Assembly: GCA_027021705.1 (NCBI GenBank)
Contig: JALUTT010000181.1
Span: 11,784-75,783 of the forward strand
Reading direction: 5' to 3'
Length of the DNA: 64,000 nucleotides
From: Anaerolineae bacterium
Lineage (GTDB): Bacteria; Chloroflexota; Anaerolineae; S140-20
Position numbers and translations under genes: made by a program. Every line of letters begins with the position of its first letter. The stretch's first letter is position 1. Positions 40,257 to 49,995 of this stretch are shown in pieces. The notes under the pieces are model-generated. The model ran no database searches. It was given only the letters and a program-made list of their open reading frames with translations, and was not told the origin of the DNA.

Positions 40257-43200
40257 TCATAGCCAACTGCGTCTCTCCCATTCCTCTTCCGCCTGTTCGC
40301 GTTCGATCATTGACTGGAGCAAGTCAACCATGCGGCGTGCGAAGAGACGGACACGGAGATACTCATCCTCGAGCCACGGAGATATCGCTTCCAGGCGTTT
40401 TTGATAGAACGATACGAATCCCGAAATAACGCCGGGGGTGCTACTGATCGCTCCTTCAACTTCACCGAGTACCTTCCGATCATCAGTGCGTCGGATGATC
40501 TCACGGCTCAGCTTGTAAAAGGCATCCCCTTCGTTGAATTCCCGTAAGATAGTGGCTGTAGCCCGGAGCTTTTCGACCTCATCGGACTCAACCCACTCCG
40601 TGAGCACCGCGTAGAGAGTCTTATCAAGGCCGCCGGCGATGGCCTTCAGTACATAGGGGGCTTCCCAGCGGAACCAGAAGTTTTCGCGCAGCATCCAATT
40701 GCGAACACGCCGTAGAACGTCAGGGTACTCTTCGCTCTCGCGAATGCTTTCCATAGCTCGTGCAAACTGGAAGGGTACGGGTTCGTATCGTCTCTCTTGG
40801 GCCTCACGTTCATAAGCTATAGTGATGCGCTGCTCGATGAAGTCTATCACCTGCATCGGAGCAATTTGGCCCAATCTGTCCAGGCATCTTTCCACATGAA
40901 AGTCAAGCTGCGGTAATCGTCCAAAGTGCTGAATGATCTCGAGAAAGTCTTGTGGGTCCTCGAACTCCACAGCCCAACCCTCCCCTGTGCTATCCGACCA
41001 TGATAGTACCTCAGCAATGTGCCGCAAGACAGCTTCGTCGCCACGAGCCGCAATAGTTTTGAGAACCTCAACCGCGAGAGCAGGGTTATGTGGTGCGTAT
41101 TGCCGTGTCAGCCACACCATCTCATGATCCAGGGCCGCTGTATTACAAGCCACGAGTTGGCGTAGCATCTCCCAGTCTTCATCCTCCATTTGACGCCAGT
41201 CCACAAACCGGAAGCTATGCGCAGCAGCCAGCCAGAGGATCGCATCGCCGCTGGTGGTCCAATGTTTGAGGTATCTTTGCGCTATCTCGGGGACGCTTTT
41301 CCGCAATCCGGCAATCACGAGCCCAAGGTGATGTTTAAGGGTCAACTCTTCAACTACGGCGCGGTCTATGAGCTGCTGGGCCAGATCAGGATGCTGTTCA
41401 CCCAGACGCTGCAATAGCCGATTGAGCCAAGTAGTACCTGTTTCGCCAACAGTACGCGCTTGATGAGCAATTGTCTCCAAGTCGCGCAAAGCTCGATCAA
41501 AAGTGTCTGGCTTAAGCTGACCGAGGTAACGCTCGACAGCCTCCTGGCGCCGCCGCTCGGCTTCCCGCCAATCCAATTCCTTGTCCGGTTCCTCCGCGTC
41601 CCGGCGATGCCATCCAACCAGCACTCGGTAAAGTTGATAGAGTTGATGGCTGTTAAGCCGCTCACTAAGGCGGTCCAACGCCTCATCTTCATAAGCAGCC
41701 CACCGTCTGGCATGCCAGAGCCATTCCGAGATTGCGTCCAGAACGGGAAGGTCCGCTGTCTCAACCACGTCAGAGAAGAAACGGGCAGTATTCACACAGT
41801 CAGGTCGAAGCCATTCACGGATTTCATCTGGCACGCGAACTATTGAGGGGAAATGTGGGATCGCTCCATCCAGAGCCTGAACAATACGGAGTCGCTCAGC
41901 GGGAGAAGTTGCTTGACGATATGCGTTATAGAGGATGTCTAGCGCCTGCTGTCGGATGTGTCTCAAGGGCTCGGCAGGAGTGAGCAGGCCCCGATGGAGG
42001 ATCACTTTGAAAGGTTCCGTTGGATCGGCCTCAGCGCTATGTAACTCCATCGACAACATTGCTTCTACCAGTTTCAAGGCCAGGTCGAGGTTCTCCGTGA
42101 AATCCTCAGCCAGCCACCGGGGAATGGCTTCCAGAAGCGTCAGTTGCACAGCATAGGGCTTGCGCGGCTTAAATTCGGCAATTTCAGTCAACACTTTGCG
42201 CGCTTCTTCTCTCACATAGGCATAACTCGAATCGTGAGGGCAATATCTGGCAAGTTTATGCAAATAGGTGATAGTATCTCGCAAGGCGCTATACTGGGTG
42301 CGCTTCAGTATTTCGACAGCCTGACCCAACACCATCTCGTGGCTAATCTCATAAGCACCACCCCAAGGGGCACGATAGGTCTCGGGAGGCTGTTCTCTGC
42401 CATCCACGATGCGGGCGACGATCGCCAACGTATCGTCGGCTCTCAGATAAGCCACGTTCTGCAACCAATCGAGAATGGCATAGCGGGCTATGTTGCCTTG
42501 GGTATCGATAGCCCGAGACAGTTCATCGAGTCTGCGACCCAAGAGCACACCTGCTTCACGGGATTCTCCCTTGACCTCTGCCTTGGCCAAGTTAGTCAGG
42601 ATTTCTTTGGCTTTCAGATCGAAGAATGGTTCGATGACTTGTTTTTGGTAGTCGGCGCGTCGAGTTGTGGGGTCAAAGTAGTGGCTCACCAGGATGTGGT
42701 CGGCCAAGACCTCAGAGGCGATCCGAATGGTCTGCCAGTAGCGATCTATTAGGCCTGACGCTTCCAGTCGTGTAACAATGCGTTCTTCTTCAGATGGTGA
42801 GATACCGACGACCTCTTGCACACGTTGGCGGAGAGTGTCGTTGGTCAGCTCAATTGTGCCCAGAGCAGCAAGGATTTCGAGATAGTGCACATATCGATCA
42901 TCGTAGCCAGCCTCGGCCAAGTCACGGATGAGTTCATGAAAGTAGCGGGAAAGCACTTCATCTCTGGTAAGTCTGGTTACATCTTCGCCACGCTGAACCA
43001 GGCGTGCGCCCAATTGGGCGAGCAGCGGGTTACCTTCGGCCACAGCAATCAGTGCCCGACGCGCGTGCTGATCCTCGATATGGTAAGGTTCGCTTTGAAG
43101 CAGACGATCGATGTCAGCATTTGTCAGTGGACCAAGTTCCAAGTAAGCGATTTCATCCCCTGAGATTTGAGGGAAGCGAGCTGCTATATACTCAACGAAT

Positions 43201-43850
43201 ACGCTGCGTGTGCTGAGAATGAGTTTCACCTTACCGGCGTAGTCTGGATTAACCAGTACCTCGCGAAGGTGAGAAAGCGGCGTAAAACGATGGGCGTCAT
43301 CCACGACGATTACGTGCTGTTGGTCCCGATCGAGAGTAGCCAAGTCGTATTCGATGCTTTCAGCTTCAGTGCGGGCGTACCACAGTTTGACATCTTCGGG
43401 AACGATCTCTGACAAGGCGAGTAGCAATCGAGTCTTACCGATACCCCCAGGACCATGAAGAACAATGATACGTTTTTGTTCTTGGAGCCATGCCGCCACT
43501 TGCTGAAGAGTCTGCTCCCGTCCCACCATTTCTCCCCTGTAGCATCCAAGCGCAGTTTGCTCAATCCGCACTGCAAAATCCTGAACTGTGAGTAAGGATC
43601 GAAATCCAGTATGAACGGCCTGCCATATAGCGACTGCATCTGGGCCTTTGATAATACAGACTATGTTGTTATCACCAGTTATAACGACAAGGTCGTGCGC
43701 GTCTCCTCCTAATGCCACAGCCCGATCACCAGTGGCAAGGGTAATCCGTCCTGTTTGAAGGGCTTGGCGCAAGGTGGCGATGTCGGCATCAGTGTAGGTG
43801 CCGGCTGCAATGCGGTCGAGAACACGCTTCAATTCGTTAAACTCCGTCAT
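40257..43850 (-). CDS. Large STAND-type ATPase: short helical (EAD-like) N-terminus, amyloid-like motif, long helical C-terminal sensor
   Basis: HGPGGIGKT, VIVVDDAH, LILSTR, EGNPL; N-terminal LATGDRAVALGGDAHDLVVITGDNNIV. Confidence 0.8.
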   Translation of the reverse strand: MTEFNELKRVLDRIAAGTYTDADIATLRQALQTGRITLATGDRAVALGGDAHDLVVITGDNNIVCIIKGPDAVAIWQAVHTGFRSLLTVQDFAVRIEQTALGCYRGEMVGREQTLQQVAAWLQEQKRIIVLHGPGGIGKTRLLLALSEIVPEDVKLWYARTEAESIEYDLATLDRDQQHVIVVDDAHRFTPLSHLREVLVNPDYAGKVKLILSTRSVFVEYIAARFPQISGDEIAYLELGPLTNADIDRLLQSEPYHIEDQHARRALIAVAEGNPLLAQLGARLVQRGEDVTRLTRDEVLSRYFHELIRDLAEAGYDDRYVHYLEILAALGTIELTNDTLRQRVQEVVGISPSEEERIVTRLEASGLIDRYWQTIRIASEVLADHILVSHYFDPTTRRADYQKQVIEPFFDLKAKEILTNLAKAEVKGESREAGVLLGRRLDELSRAIDTQGNIARYAILDWLQNVAYLRADDTLAIVARIVDGREQPPETYRAPWGGAYEISHEMVLGQAVEILKRTQYSALRDTITYLHKLARYCPHDSSYAYVREEARKVLTEIAEFKPRKPYAVQLTLLEAIPRWLAEDFTENLDLALKLVEAMLSMELHSAEADPTEPFKVILHRGLLTPAEPLRHIRQQALDILYNAYRQATSPAERLRIVQALDGAIPHFPSIVRVPDEIREWLRPDCVNTARFFSDVVETADLPVLDAISEWLWHARRWAAYEDEALDRLSERLNSHQLYQLYRVLVGWHRRDAEEPDKELDWREAERRRQEAVERYLGQLKPDTFDRALRDLETIAHQARTVGETGTTWLNRLLQRLGEQHPDLAQQLIDRAVVEELTLKHHLGLVIAGLRKSVPEIAQRYLKHWTTSGDAILWLAAAHSFRFVDWRQMEDEDWEMLRQLVACNTAALDHEMVWLTRQYAPHNPALAVEVLKTIAARGDEAVLRHIAEVLSWSDSTGEGWAVEFEDPQDFLEIIQHFGRLPQLDFHVERCLDRLGQIAPMQVIDFIEQRITIAYEREAQERRYEPVPFQFARAMESIRESEEYPDVLRRVRNWMLRENFWFRWEAPYVLKAIAGGLDKTLYAVLTEWVESDEVEKLRATATILREFNEGDAFYKLSREIIRRTDDRKVLGEVEGAISSTPGVISGFVSFYQKRLEAISPWLEDEYLRVRLFARRMVDLLQSMIEREQAEEEWERRSWL

Positions 43851-45289
43851 CAGTGGTCCCTCTCTTCACCTGTTTCTCTGGCCAAACGTGCTAGGTTATG
43901 AGACACGGTGTTTGCCAGTTCCTGATCGCCGGCCTGGATAGCTAGCCGTAAAGCCTCAGCGTAGAGAACTCGGGATCGAACGATGTCACCTTCAAATTGA
44001 CAGGCCAAAGCCAAGTTGTTGAGTGCAATGGCTTCACCTTTCCGATTCGCGAGGCTCTGAAAAAGCTGGCGCGCTTGTTCAAGGTTTTCACGGGCCAGAT
44101 GAAACTCTCGTTGGTGCAAATGGATTTCACCGATTGCTGCCAACGTATGAGCCTCGGCGTTCTTGTTGTTCAGCATACGCCATAGACTCAGTGCCTTCTT
44201 CCGATACGTGAGCGCCTCATCGAAGGCGTAGCGGGTCTGATGGATCGCAGCGATATTATCCAGCAGCGTAGCCTGTTCAACTTTGGACCCTAGCCCTTCA
44301 AAGAGTGTTAACGCTCGCTCGTTGTAGTCCAAAGCACGTTCAAAATCACCAATTGCACTGTAGAGGCTGCCCAGATTGGCTAGAGATATTGCTTCCTGCA
44401 AAGGAGCTCCGATCTCACGGAAGATCTCCAGGGCCTGTTCGCTATAAAGCCGGGCCTTATCAAGTTGTCCTAGACACTGCGCCAGTTCACCCAGGTTTCC
44501 CAGAGCAACCGCTTCATGGAAGCGATGACCCGTCTGGACAAAGAGTTCCAGTGCCCTGGAACCATAGGTTAACGCTTTGGAATACCACGCATCTCGTTCA
44601 GCTGATGAAACAACGTCTGCTTTGTTTCGACACGTAATTGCCAGATTGTTTAGTGTCGAGGCTATGGCGACCTGATCATCTTGAGTACGGTATAAAGCCA
44701 GTGCTTGTTCATAGAACGAGATGGCATCGTCCCATTGCTCTAAATCGGCATAAGCCCGGCCCATGTTCTGCAAAACGGTTGCTTCGCCTGAAGAGTCACC
44801 TTCGACACGGAAGAGTTGCAATGCTTGTTCGTAATAGTGCAAGGCTCCAGTTATTTTACCCTCAGCCTGGGATACTAATCCCAGCCCGTTAAGAGCCCTG
44901 GCCTGGCAAGGACGGTCATCCAATTGACGAAAGATGGTCAGCGCCTGCTCATAACATTCACGGGCTCGAGACCACTCGCTCAGTGTATACCACGCAGCAC
45001 CCAGGTTATTCCAGAGAGCACCCACGTCGTGGGTTTGACCCTGGTTTTGCGCGGCAGCGAGCCCGCGTTGATACCATGCAATGGCTTCCCGCCACAAAGC
45101 GCGTTGCTCAAGAAAGGGGCGCACTGCCCATACGTAGGCTAATATTAGCCCTGCATCACCGTTGATGTCGTTCACCCAGGTCCAAGCACGGCGAATTTGC
45201 TCCAATTCACCTTCAAGCCGCTGCCAGTCACCAGGGTTAGATTGGATCAGGGAAAGATAATAGTACGCGTACCGTTCCCAGGCACTCAC
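43850..45289 (-). CDS. TPR protein 3 with N-terminal NLR arm segment
   Basis: ~40-aa repeats (NNLG..Y...A...YEQAL..FR); N-terminus shared with the two upstream TPR genes. Confidence 0.9.
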   Translation of the reverse strand: MSAWERYAYYYLSLIQSNPGDWQRLEGELEQIRRAWTWVNDINGDAGLILAYVWAVRPFLEQRALWREAIAWYQRGLAAAQNQGQTHDVGALWNNLGAAWYTLSEWSRARECYEQALTIFRQLDDRPCQARALNGLGLVSQAEGKITGALHYYEQALQLFRVEGDSSGEATVLQNMGRAYADLEQWDDAISFYEQALALYRTQDDQVAIASTLNNLAITCRNKADVVSSAERDAWYSKALTYGSRALELFVQTGHRFHEAVALGNLGELAQCLGQLDKARLYSEQALEIFREIGAPLQEAISLANLGSLYSAIGDFERALDYNERALTLFEGLGSKVEQATLLDNIAAIHQTRYAFDEALTYRKKALSLWRMLNNKNAEAHTLAAIGEIHLHQREFHLARENLEQARQLFQSLANRKGEAIALNNLALACQFEGDIVRSRVLYAEALRLAIQAGDQELANTVSHNLARLARETGEERDH

Positions 45290-45291
45290 GT

Positions 45292-46815
45292 TTAACCGGT
45301 CGTTGATATCTGCTCCAAACGTTCTCGAAGTTTGGTCAGGTGAAAAGCATGTTGCTCTACCTCAGGATCACCGACTGATCGTTCGTAATCCACAACAATT
45401 TGGAGAAGTTCCACTGCACGCGGTAAATCGCCTGCGCGTTCGTATAACCGGCTTAGGTCCCAGGTGTAGATCGCTTCCCCTCCCTTATCTCCGATCTCGC
45501 GAGCGATATGTCGTGCCTGTTCATAGTACTCTAATGCCTTCTGGATATCTCCCAACTGCCAGTAGACCAATCCCAGCCGGCTCAACCGGATGCTTTCTCC
45601 CCATCTATCGCCTATGTCACGAGCAATCTTCAAGGCTCGTTGGTAATATTCGATAGCCTTGGACGTGTCGCCCAAATCCTGCAGAATGCGGCCCAGATTG
45701 CTGAGCCACGCCCCCTCGTTTTGCCGGTCACCCACACGGTGAGCAATTTCCAGGGCTTGTTCGTAACAGTGTGTAGCTTCTTGCCACTCGCCCAGGTCAG
45801 CGTACGCCATTCCCAGGATACCCAAGCGAGCCCCTTCTGCTTGTAAATCTCCAATCTCCCTGGCAATCTCCACAGCACGTTTAACGTACTCAATCGCCCT
45901 GTCCGGATCGCCCAGAACAAGATACGTTCGGCCCAGGTTACTCAGCCACGTCCCCTCACTCAGCCGGTCACCAATGTCACGGGCTATCTGCAACGCCTGC
46001 TTGAAACATTCAATAGCCTTTTGCCAGTCTCCCAGGTCAAGCCAGCCACGCCCCAGATTGCCCAACCAGACCCCCTCATTTCGACGGTCACCCGTGTCAC
46101 GGGCAAACCGAAGAGCCCGCTCATAGTACGAGATAGCCGTTCGCACTTCTCCCAGGTCAGCATAGGCGAGACCCAGATTCCCCAGATCAGCTCCTTCGCT
46201 GCGCCGATCCCCTATCTCTCGATCAATCGCCAATGCTTGTTCGAAGCAGGAGATGGCTCGTTGGGTCTCTCCCAAGCTCAGGAGGGCCAACCCAAGATTA
46301 CCTAGCCAGATAGATTCCTGTTTGCGGTTCTGTAACTCGTGGTGAATCGTCAGGGCCGCCTCAAAGTGCCGGATAGCTTTGTCAATCTCCCCAATGTCTA
46401 AGTAAACCAGCCCCAAGTTGCCCAGACGGCTACCTTCTGCGCCCCGATCACCAACATCCTGTGCAATTCGCAGAGCCTGTTCATAACACTCGATGGCCTT
46501 GCGTGCTTCGCCAAGGCGGTAATACGCTAATCCCAGGTTCGCCAACATTACACCCGCTACCTGATTACCGTTCGGAAGTGTTCTTGCCACCACCAAGCCT
46601 CGCTCATTCCAAGCGATGGCCTCCAGCCACAGTCCGCGCATCTCCTGAAAGGGGAAGAAAGCTTGAACGTAAGCCAGGACCAAATCCTTGTTCTCCTCTT
46701 TGCTCACCCAGGCCCAGGCACGACGAATCTGGTCGAGCTCACGTTCGACCGCTTGCCAATCGCCGTTTTGAGTCACTGCCAGATAGTAGCGCGCGTGCCG
46801 CTCACGGGGGCTCAT
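45292..46815 (-). CDS. TPR protein 2 with N-terminal NLR arm segment
   Basis: Regular GDRxxEGxxLGNLG repeats; start ATG 46815 overlaps the upstream stop (ATGA). Confidence 0.92.
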   Translation of the reverse strand: MSPRERHARYYLAVTQNGDWQAVERELDQIRRAWAWVSKEENKDLVLAYVQAFFPFQEMRGLWLEAIAWNERGLVVARTLPNGNQVAGVMLANLGLAYYRLGEARKAIECYEQALRIAQDVGDRGAEGSRLGNLGLVYLDIGEIDKAIRHFEAALTIHHELQNRKQESIWLGNLGLALLSLGETQRAISCFEQALAIDREIGDRRSEGADLGNLGLAYADLGEVRTAISYYERALRFARDTGDRRNEGVWLGNLGRGWLDLGDWQKAIECFKQALQIARDIGDRLSEGTWLSNLGRTYLVLGDPDRAIEYVKRAVEIAREIGDLQAEGARLGILGMAYADLGEWQEATHCYEQALEIAHRVGDRQNEGAWLSNLGRILQDLGDTSKAIEYYQRALKIARDIGDRWGESIRLSRLGLVYWQLGDIQKALEYYEQARHIAREIGDKGGEAIYTWDLSRLYERAGDLPRAVELLQIVVDYERSVGDPEVEQHAFHLTKLRERLEQISTTG

Positions 46816-48236
46816 CTCGTCCTTCCCCTGCGCATGAAACGCCGTGCTATTTGTGCAAGACGAGCAAGAGGTTTCTGGATGTTTCGCTTCGCTGCCGGCC
46901 CCGTTTGTTCCTGAGCTGGCCACTCAGGCGATTCATTGACCTGTATCAAGGTGCTCTCTCGTTCCAGAACGAGACTGCGATTCCGGCGAATAACCGCGCT
47001 AAGGTGTTCATCTCCGATTTCTTGAGCAAGGCTCAAAGCCTGTTCATAATACATTACCGCCCGATGTTCCTTGCCTAGACCTTCGGCAAGATTGCCCATT
47101 GCCGCCAGCAAGCGCGCTTCCATCTGCTTCTGTCCTATTTCCCGGCTTATGCGCAACGCTTGCTCGTAGTATCGAGCTGCCCTTTCGAGTTTGCCCAGAC
47201 GATGATAAGCCTGTCCAAGGCTCGCAAGCCGACCACCTTCGACAACCCTGTTGCCTATGTGGCGTGCAGCAACCAGGTTCTGCTCAAAACACTGAATAGC
47301 ACGCTCAATCTCACCTGTTTCCAGGTAAATATCACCAAGACCGCCTAATAGATCGCTCTCTTGAATCCTGTCACCCATTAAACGCGCCAAATTCAATGCA
47401 TCCTCAATAAGTTCTACCGCCTTTGAAAGGTTACCTTCTATCCGAGCAATACTTGCCAGGCTATACAAAAACCCTATCTCCAGGTCCTGATCTCCTGCCA
47501 AGAGAGCGTGCTTCAATCCTTTTCGGTATGTTTGGCGTGCTTTGCGCCAATTGCCAACATCGAGGAGTGCATTCCCTCTCATCTGGAGTGCAAGCGCGAT
47601 AGATCTATGATCACGCTGCTTAGAAGCAAGAACATACATCTGTCTTTGCAGTCTTTCCGCCTGACGTAGATTACCCAGGCGACGGAAGGCGCTTTCCATG
47701 CTCATCAAGGCAACAAACTCTGTCTGCCAGTCTTTGGCGTTCTGCGCCAGAATCTGTGCACGTTTGTAGCATTCAAACGCTTTTGTTGTATCCCCCATCG
47801 CCAAATAGGCACTACCAAGCCGCAAAAGTATCAGGGATACAATACGGTTCCCGTGTTGCTCTAGAGACACGGATGAGAGGAGCGAATAGGCTCGCTCACA
47901 GCAATCGGCAACCTGCTTTGAATCGCCCAGGTTGTCGTGGACTTCACTGAGTCGCAAAAGAGAGAAAAGTTCGGCGATTTTGTCCTGTTTGCTCCGCGTT
48001 ACCTCTAGCTCGCGCTGTGTCCATTCAAGCGCCTCTTTCCACAGACCGCGCAGTTGTAAGTGCGGATAGAACGTTTCTACGTAATCCGATAGCAGTTGCG
48101 GATCCCCTTGAGCAGCAACCCAATTCCACGCATGCCTTATTTGCGGCCATTCGGCGTCGAACCATTGCCAATCCTTAAGATGGGCTTTGGCATATTCCAG
48201 GTAAAATCGAGCGTGTCGTTCCAGCACCTTGCTCAT
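46812..48236 (-). CDS. TPR protein 1 with N-terminal NLR arm segment
   Basis: TPR repeats; ATGA-coupled to the NB-ARC gene. Confidence 0.9.
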   Translation of the reverse strand: MSKVLERHARFYLEYAKAHLKDWQWFDAEWPQIRHAWNWVAAQGDPQLLSDYVETFYPHLQLRGLWKEALEWTQRELEVTRSKQDKIAELFSLLRLSEVHDNLGDSKQVADCCERAYSLLSSVSLEQHGNRIVSLILLRLGSAYLAMGDTTKAFECYKRAQILAQNAKDWQTEFVALMSMESAFRRLGNLRQAERLQRQMYVLASKQRDHRSIALALQMRGNALLDVGNWRKARQTYRKGLKHALLAGDQDLEIGFLYSLASIARIEGNLSKAVELIEDALNLARLMGDRIQESDLLGGLGDIYLETGEIERAIQCFEQNLVAARHIGNRVVEGGRLASLGQAYHRLGKLERAARYYEQALRISREIGQKQMEARLLAAMGNLAEGLGKEHRAVMYYEQALSLAQEIGDEHLSAVIRRNRSLVLERESTLIQVNESPEWPAQEQTGPAAKRNIQKPLARLAQIARRFMRRGRTR

Positions 48237-49381
48237 AGTCCCATCTTTTCCATCATTTCCGCCGCATAGTCGGCCAGCAGCGCATGCATCCAGTAGCGCT
48301 CGCCCCGACGCTCCACCAGACCGCGTTGGATAAAGCGCGAGATGGTCGCTTCAGCTTCTTCCACCGAACATTCCCACACATGAGCAGCAGCCTTGATCTC
48401 CCACGTAAGTGGCTCGCCGCCGAAGACGGCCAGCATGGCAAAGCGTTCTTGGTCGGTCTTGCTCAGCCGCTCCACGCTCATCCCCAGAATCGCCTGAAGG
48501 GAGACGGGTTGGTCTTCGGCCAGACCTAGGCGTCCTTCCGCCTGGAGCAGCTGCAAACGGGCTTCCCGGTGCTCCATGAGCTCATCCAGCAGCCGTTGCA
48601 TCCGCGTTGGCACGTCAGCCTCGCTGGCTAGCAACCGCCCTGCCAAGGTCAGAGCCAAAGGCAGGAACTCTAGCCGTTCACAGAGACGCATTGCGTTTTG
48701 CTCATCAGCGGCAACAGCTTCGGGTGCCAAGCGGCGTAATAGTGCCAGAGCAGCCTCCGGTTTCAGCACATCTACCCGCAGTGTCCGTCCGCGTGTGGCC
48801 AATGTATAAGCAATGGGTGCCTCACGGGTGGTAAGGACCGTACGACAACGAGGACCGGCGACCATGAAGTACTGACCGTGGGTTACCTCCCAAACATCAT
48901 CCACAATCAGCAGCACGCGTCGGTGATAAAGAACGGCCCGGAGACGATCACGACAGGCATTCTCATCGCGCTCTGGTAGCAAATCTACCCCAAGGGCCCG
49001 ACCCCACCCATCGAGGAGGATGCGAATGGTTGGGTTAGGCCCCAAGGCTACCCAAAGCACACCATCGGGGAAGAGCTTGGGAATGATCTCTAACCGTCCT
49101 AAGGCGATGGCTAGGGTTGTCTTGCCGATGCCGCCCATCCCACGCAGAGCTACTGGGGGGATATCAGTCGCCTGCTCATCATCAAGAGCCAGCAGGTCGA
49201 ACAAGCGAGTCAGGTCCTCGTCACGGCCGAGAACACCCTGGGGTGGGAGCGGCGGCGTCATAAACGGTGGCGGCGTTCGCGTTGCTGGCATACCGACGGT
49301 AGCAGCCGCTTGGTCACCGATAGCTAGGCCGTAGACGGTGCCATGAATCGTCACCTTGTGCCGATCGAGTTCGTTGCTCAT
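48233..49381 (-). CDS. Stand-alone NB-ARC protein with N-terminal amyloid-like motif and no sensor domain
   Basis: GMGGIGKT, LLIVDDVW, LTTR, FLPLAL (GLPL), YWMHALL (MHD); stops about 15 aa after MHD; GAGGAG RBS. Confidence 0.9.
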   Translation of the reverse strand: MSNELDRHKVTIHGTVYGLAIGDQAAATVGMPATRTPPPFMTPPLPPQGVLGRDEDLTRLFDLLALDDEQATDIPPVALRGMGGIGKTTLAIALGRLEIIPKLFPDGVLWVALGPNPTIRILLDGWGRALGVDLLPERDENACRDRLRAVLYHRRVLLIVDDVWEVTHGQYFMVAGPRCRTVLTTREAPIAYTLATRGRTLRVDVLKPEAALALLRRLAPEAVAADEQNAMRLCERLEFLPLALTLAGRLLASEADVPTRMQRLLDELMEHREARLQLLQAEGRLGLAEDQPVSLQAILGMSVERLSKTDQERFAMLAVFGGEPLTWEIKAAAHVWECSVEEAEATISRFIQRGLVERRGERYWMHALLADYAAEMMEKMGL

Positions 49382-49437
49382 AGACTTCTCCTCATGGCCG
49401 TTCCACTAGCCGCCCAGCGGTTTTGCCTATGGAACGC

Positions 49438-49980
49438 TCAGGATTCGCTTGCTTCTCCAGATGCTGGTGGTTCAGCTCCTTCTACGTTCACATTAACCAG
49501 TGCCTGGTTGCCAAGAGCCATCCCCCTGGCTTCGCCGACATTCACGCTGTATTTCCCCTGTTGCACCACGTTCTGGTCACCGGTCACGATGATGCTGCCT
49601 TCAATCTTTCTAGCTGCCACGCTGTGTTCACCGCTAGCAATTACGGTTACGCCCATAGCCTTTGCCTTTTCCCACAATTGGGCCACTTCAGCAGCCAGTT
49701 CTTCGTCCTCGGACAGGATTTTCCTGAGTTGCAGGCGCAGGGCGGCTTGGGCGTCCCCATCTTTCGGCGCTGCGGCCACATCCTGCACTGCTTCCCGTGC
49801 CGCTGGCTTGGCCTCCACCTTGGAGCGCAGTTTGCCCCACAGCGCCTTGGCTTTCTCCCAGGCGTCGCCACCCAGTTTCTTGCCTGCTTCCTCAGTCGCT
49901 CTTTCACCTGCCTTGAGCAGGTAAGGCAAGAAAGGGGTAAGAAAAGCGGCTACGTCCTTCGCCAGCATTGCTATGTCCAT
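49438..49980 (-). CDS. Small helical (Bell/HeLo-like) protein with two C-terminal amyloid-like motifs
   Basis: Hydrophobic N-terminal helix (AAFLTPFLPYLL), ~105-aa helical domain, then a G/V/I/N/Q-rich tail; AAGGAG RBS. Confidence 0.7.
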   Translation of the reverse strand: MDIAMLAKDVAAFLTPFLPYLLKAGERATEEAGKKLGGDAWEKAKALWGKLRSKVEAKPAAREAVQDVAAAPKDGDAQAALRLQLRKILSEDEELAAEVAQLWEKAKAMGVTVIASGEHSVAARKIEGSIIVTGDQNVVQQGKYSVNVGEARGMALGNQALVNVNVEGAEPPASGEASES

Positions 49981-49995
49981 CGTAAGCTCCTTCTG

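Noticed and set aside
40257..43850. Assignment to a named Avs/AVAST type
   Set aside because: No nuclease, SIR2, TIR or protease effector at the N-terminus; the type cannot be assigned without HMMs.
43850..48236. Diversity-generating retroelement or shufflon acting on the TPR genes
   Set aside because: No reverse transcriptase, invertase or near-identical DNA repeat pairs; the paralogues are old and diverged.
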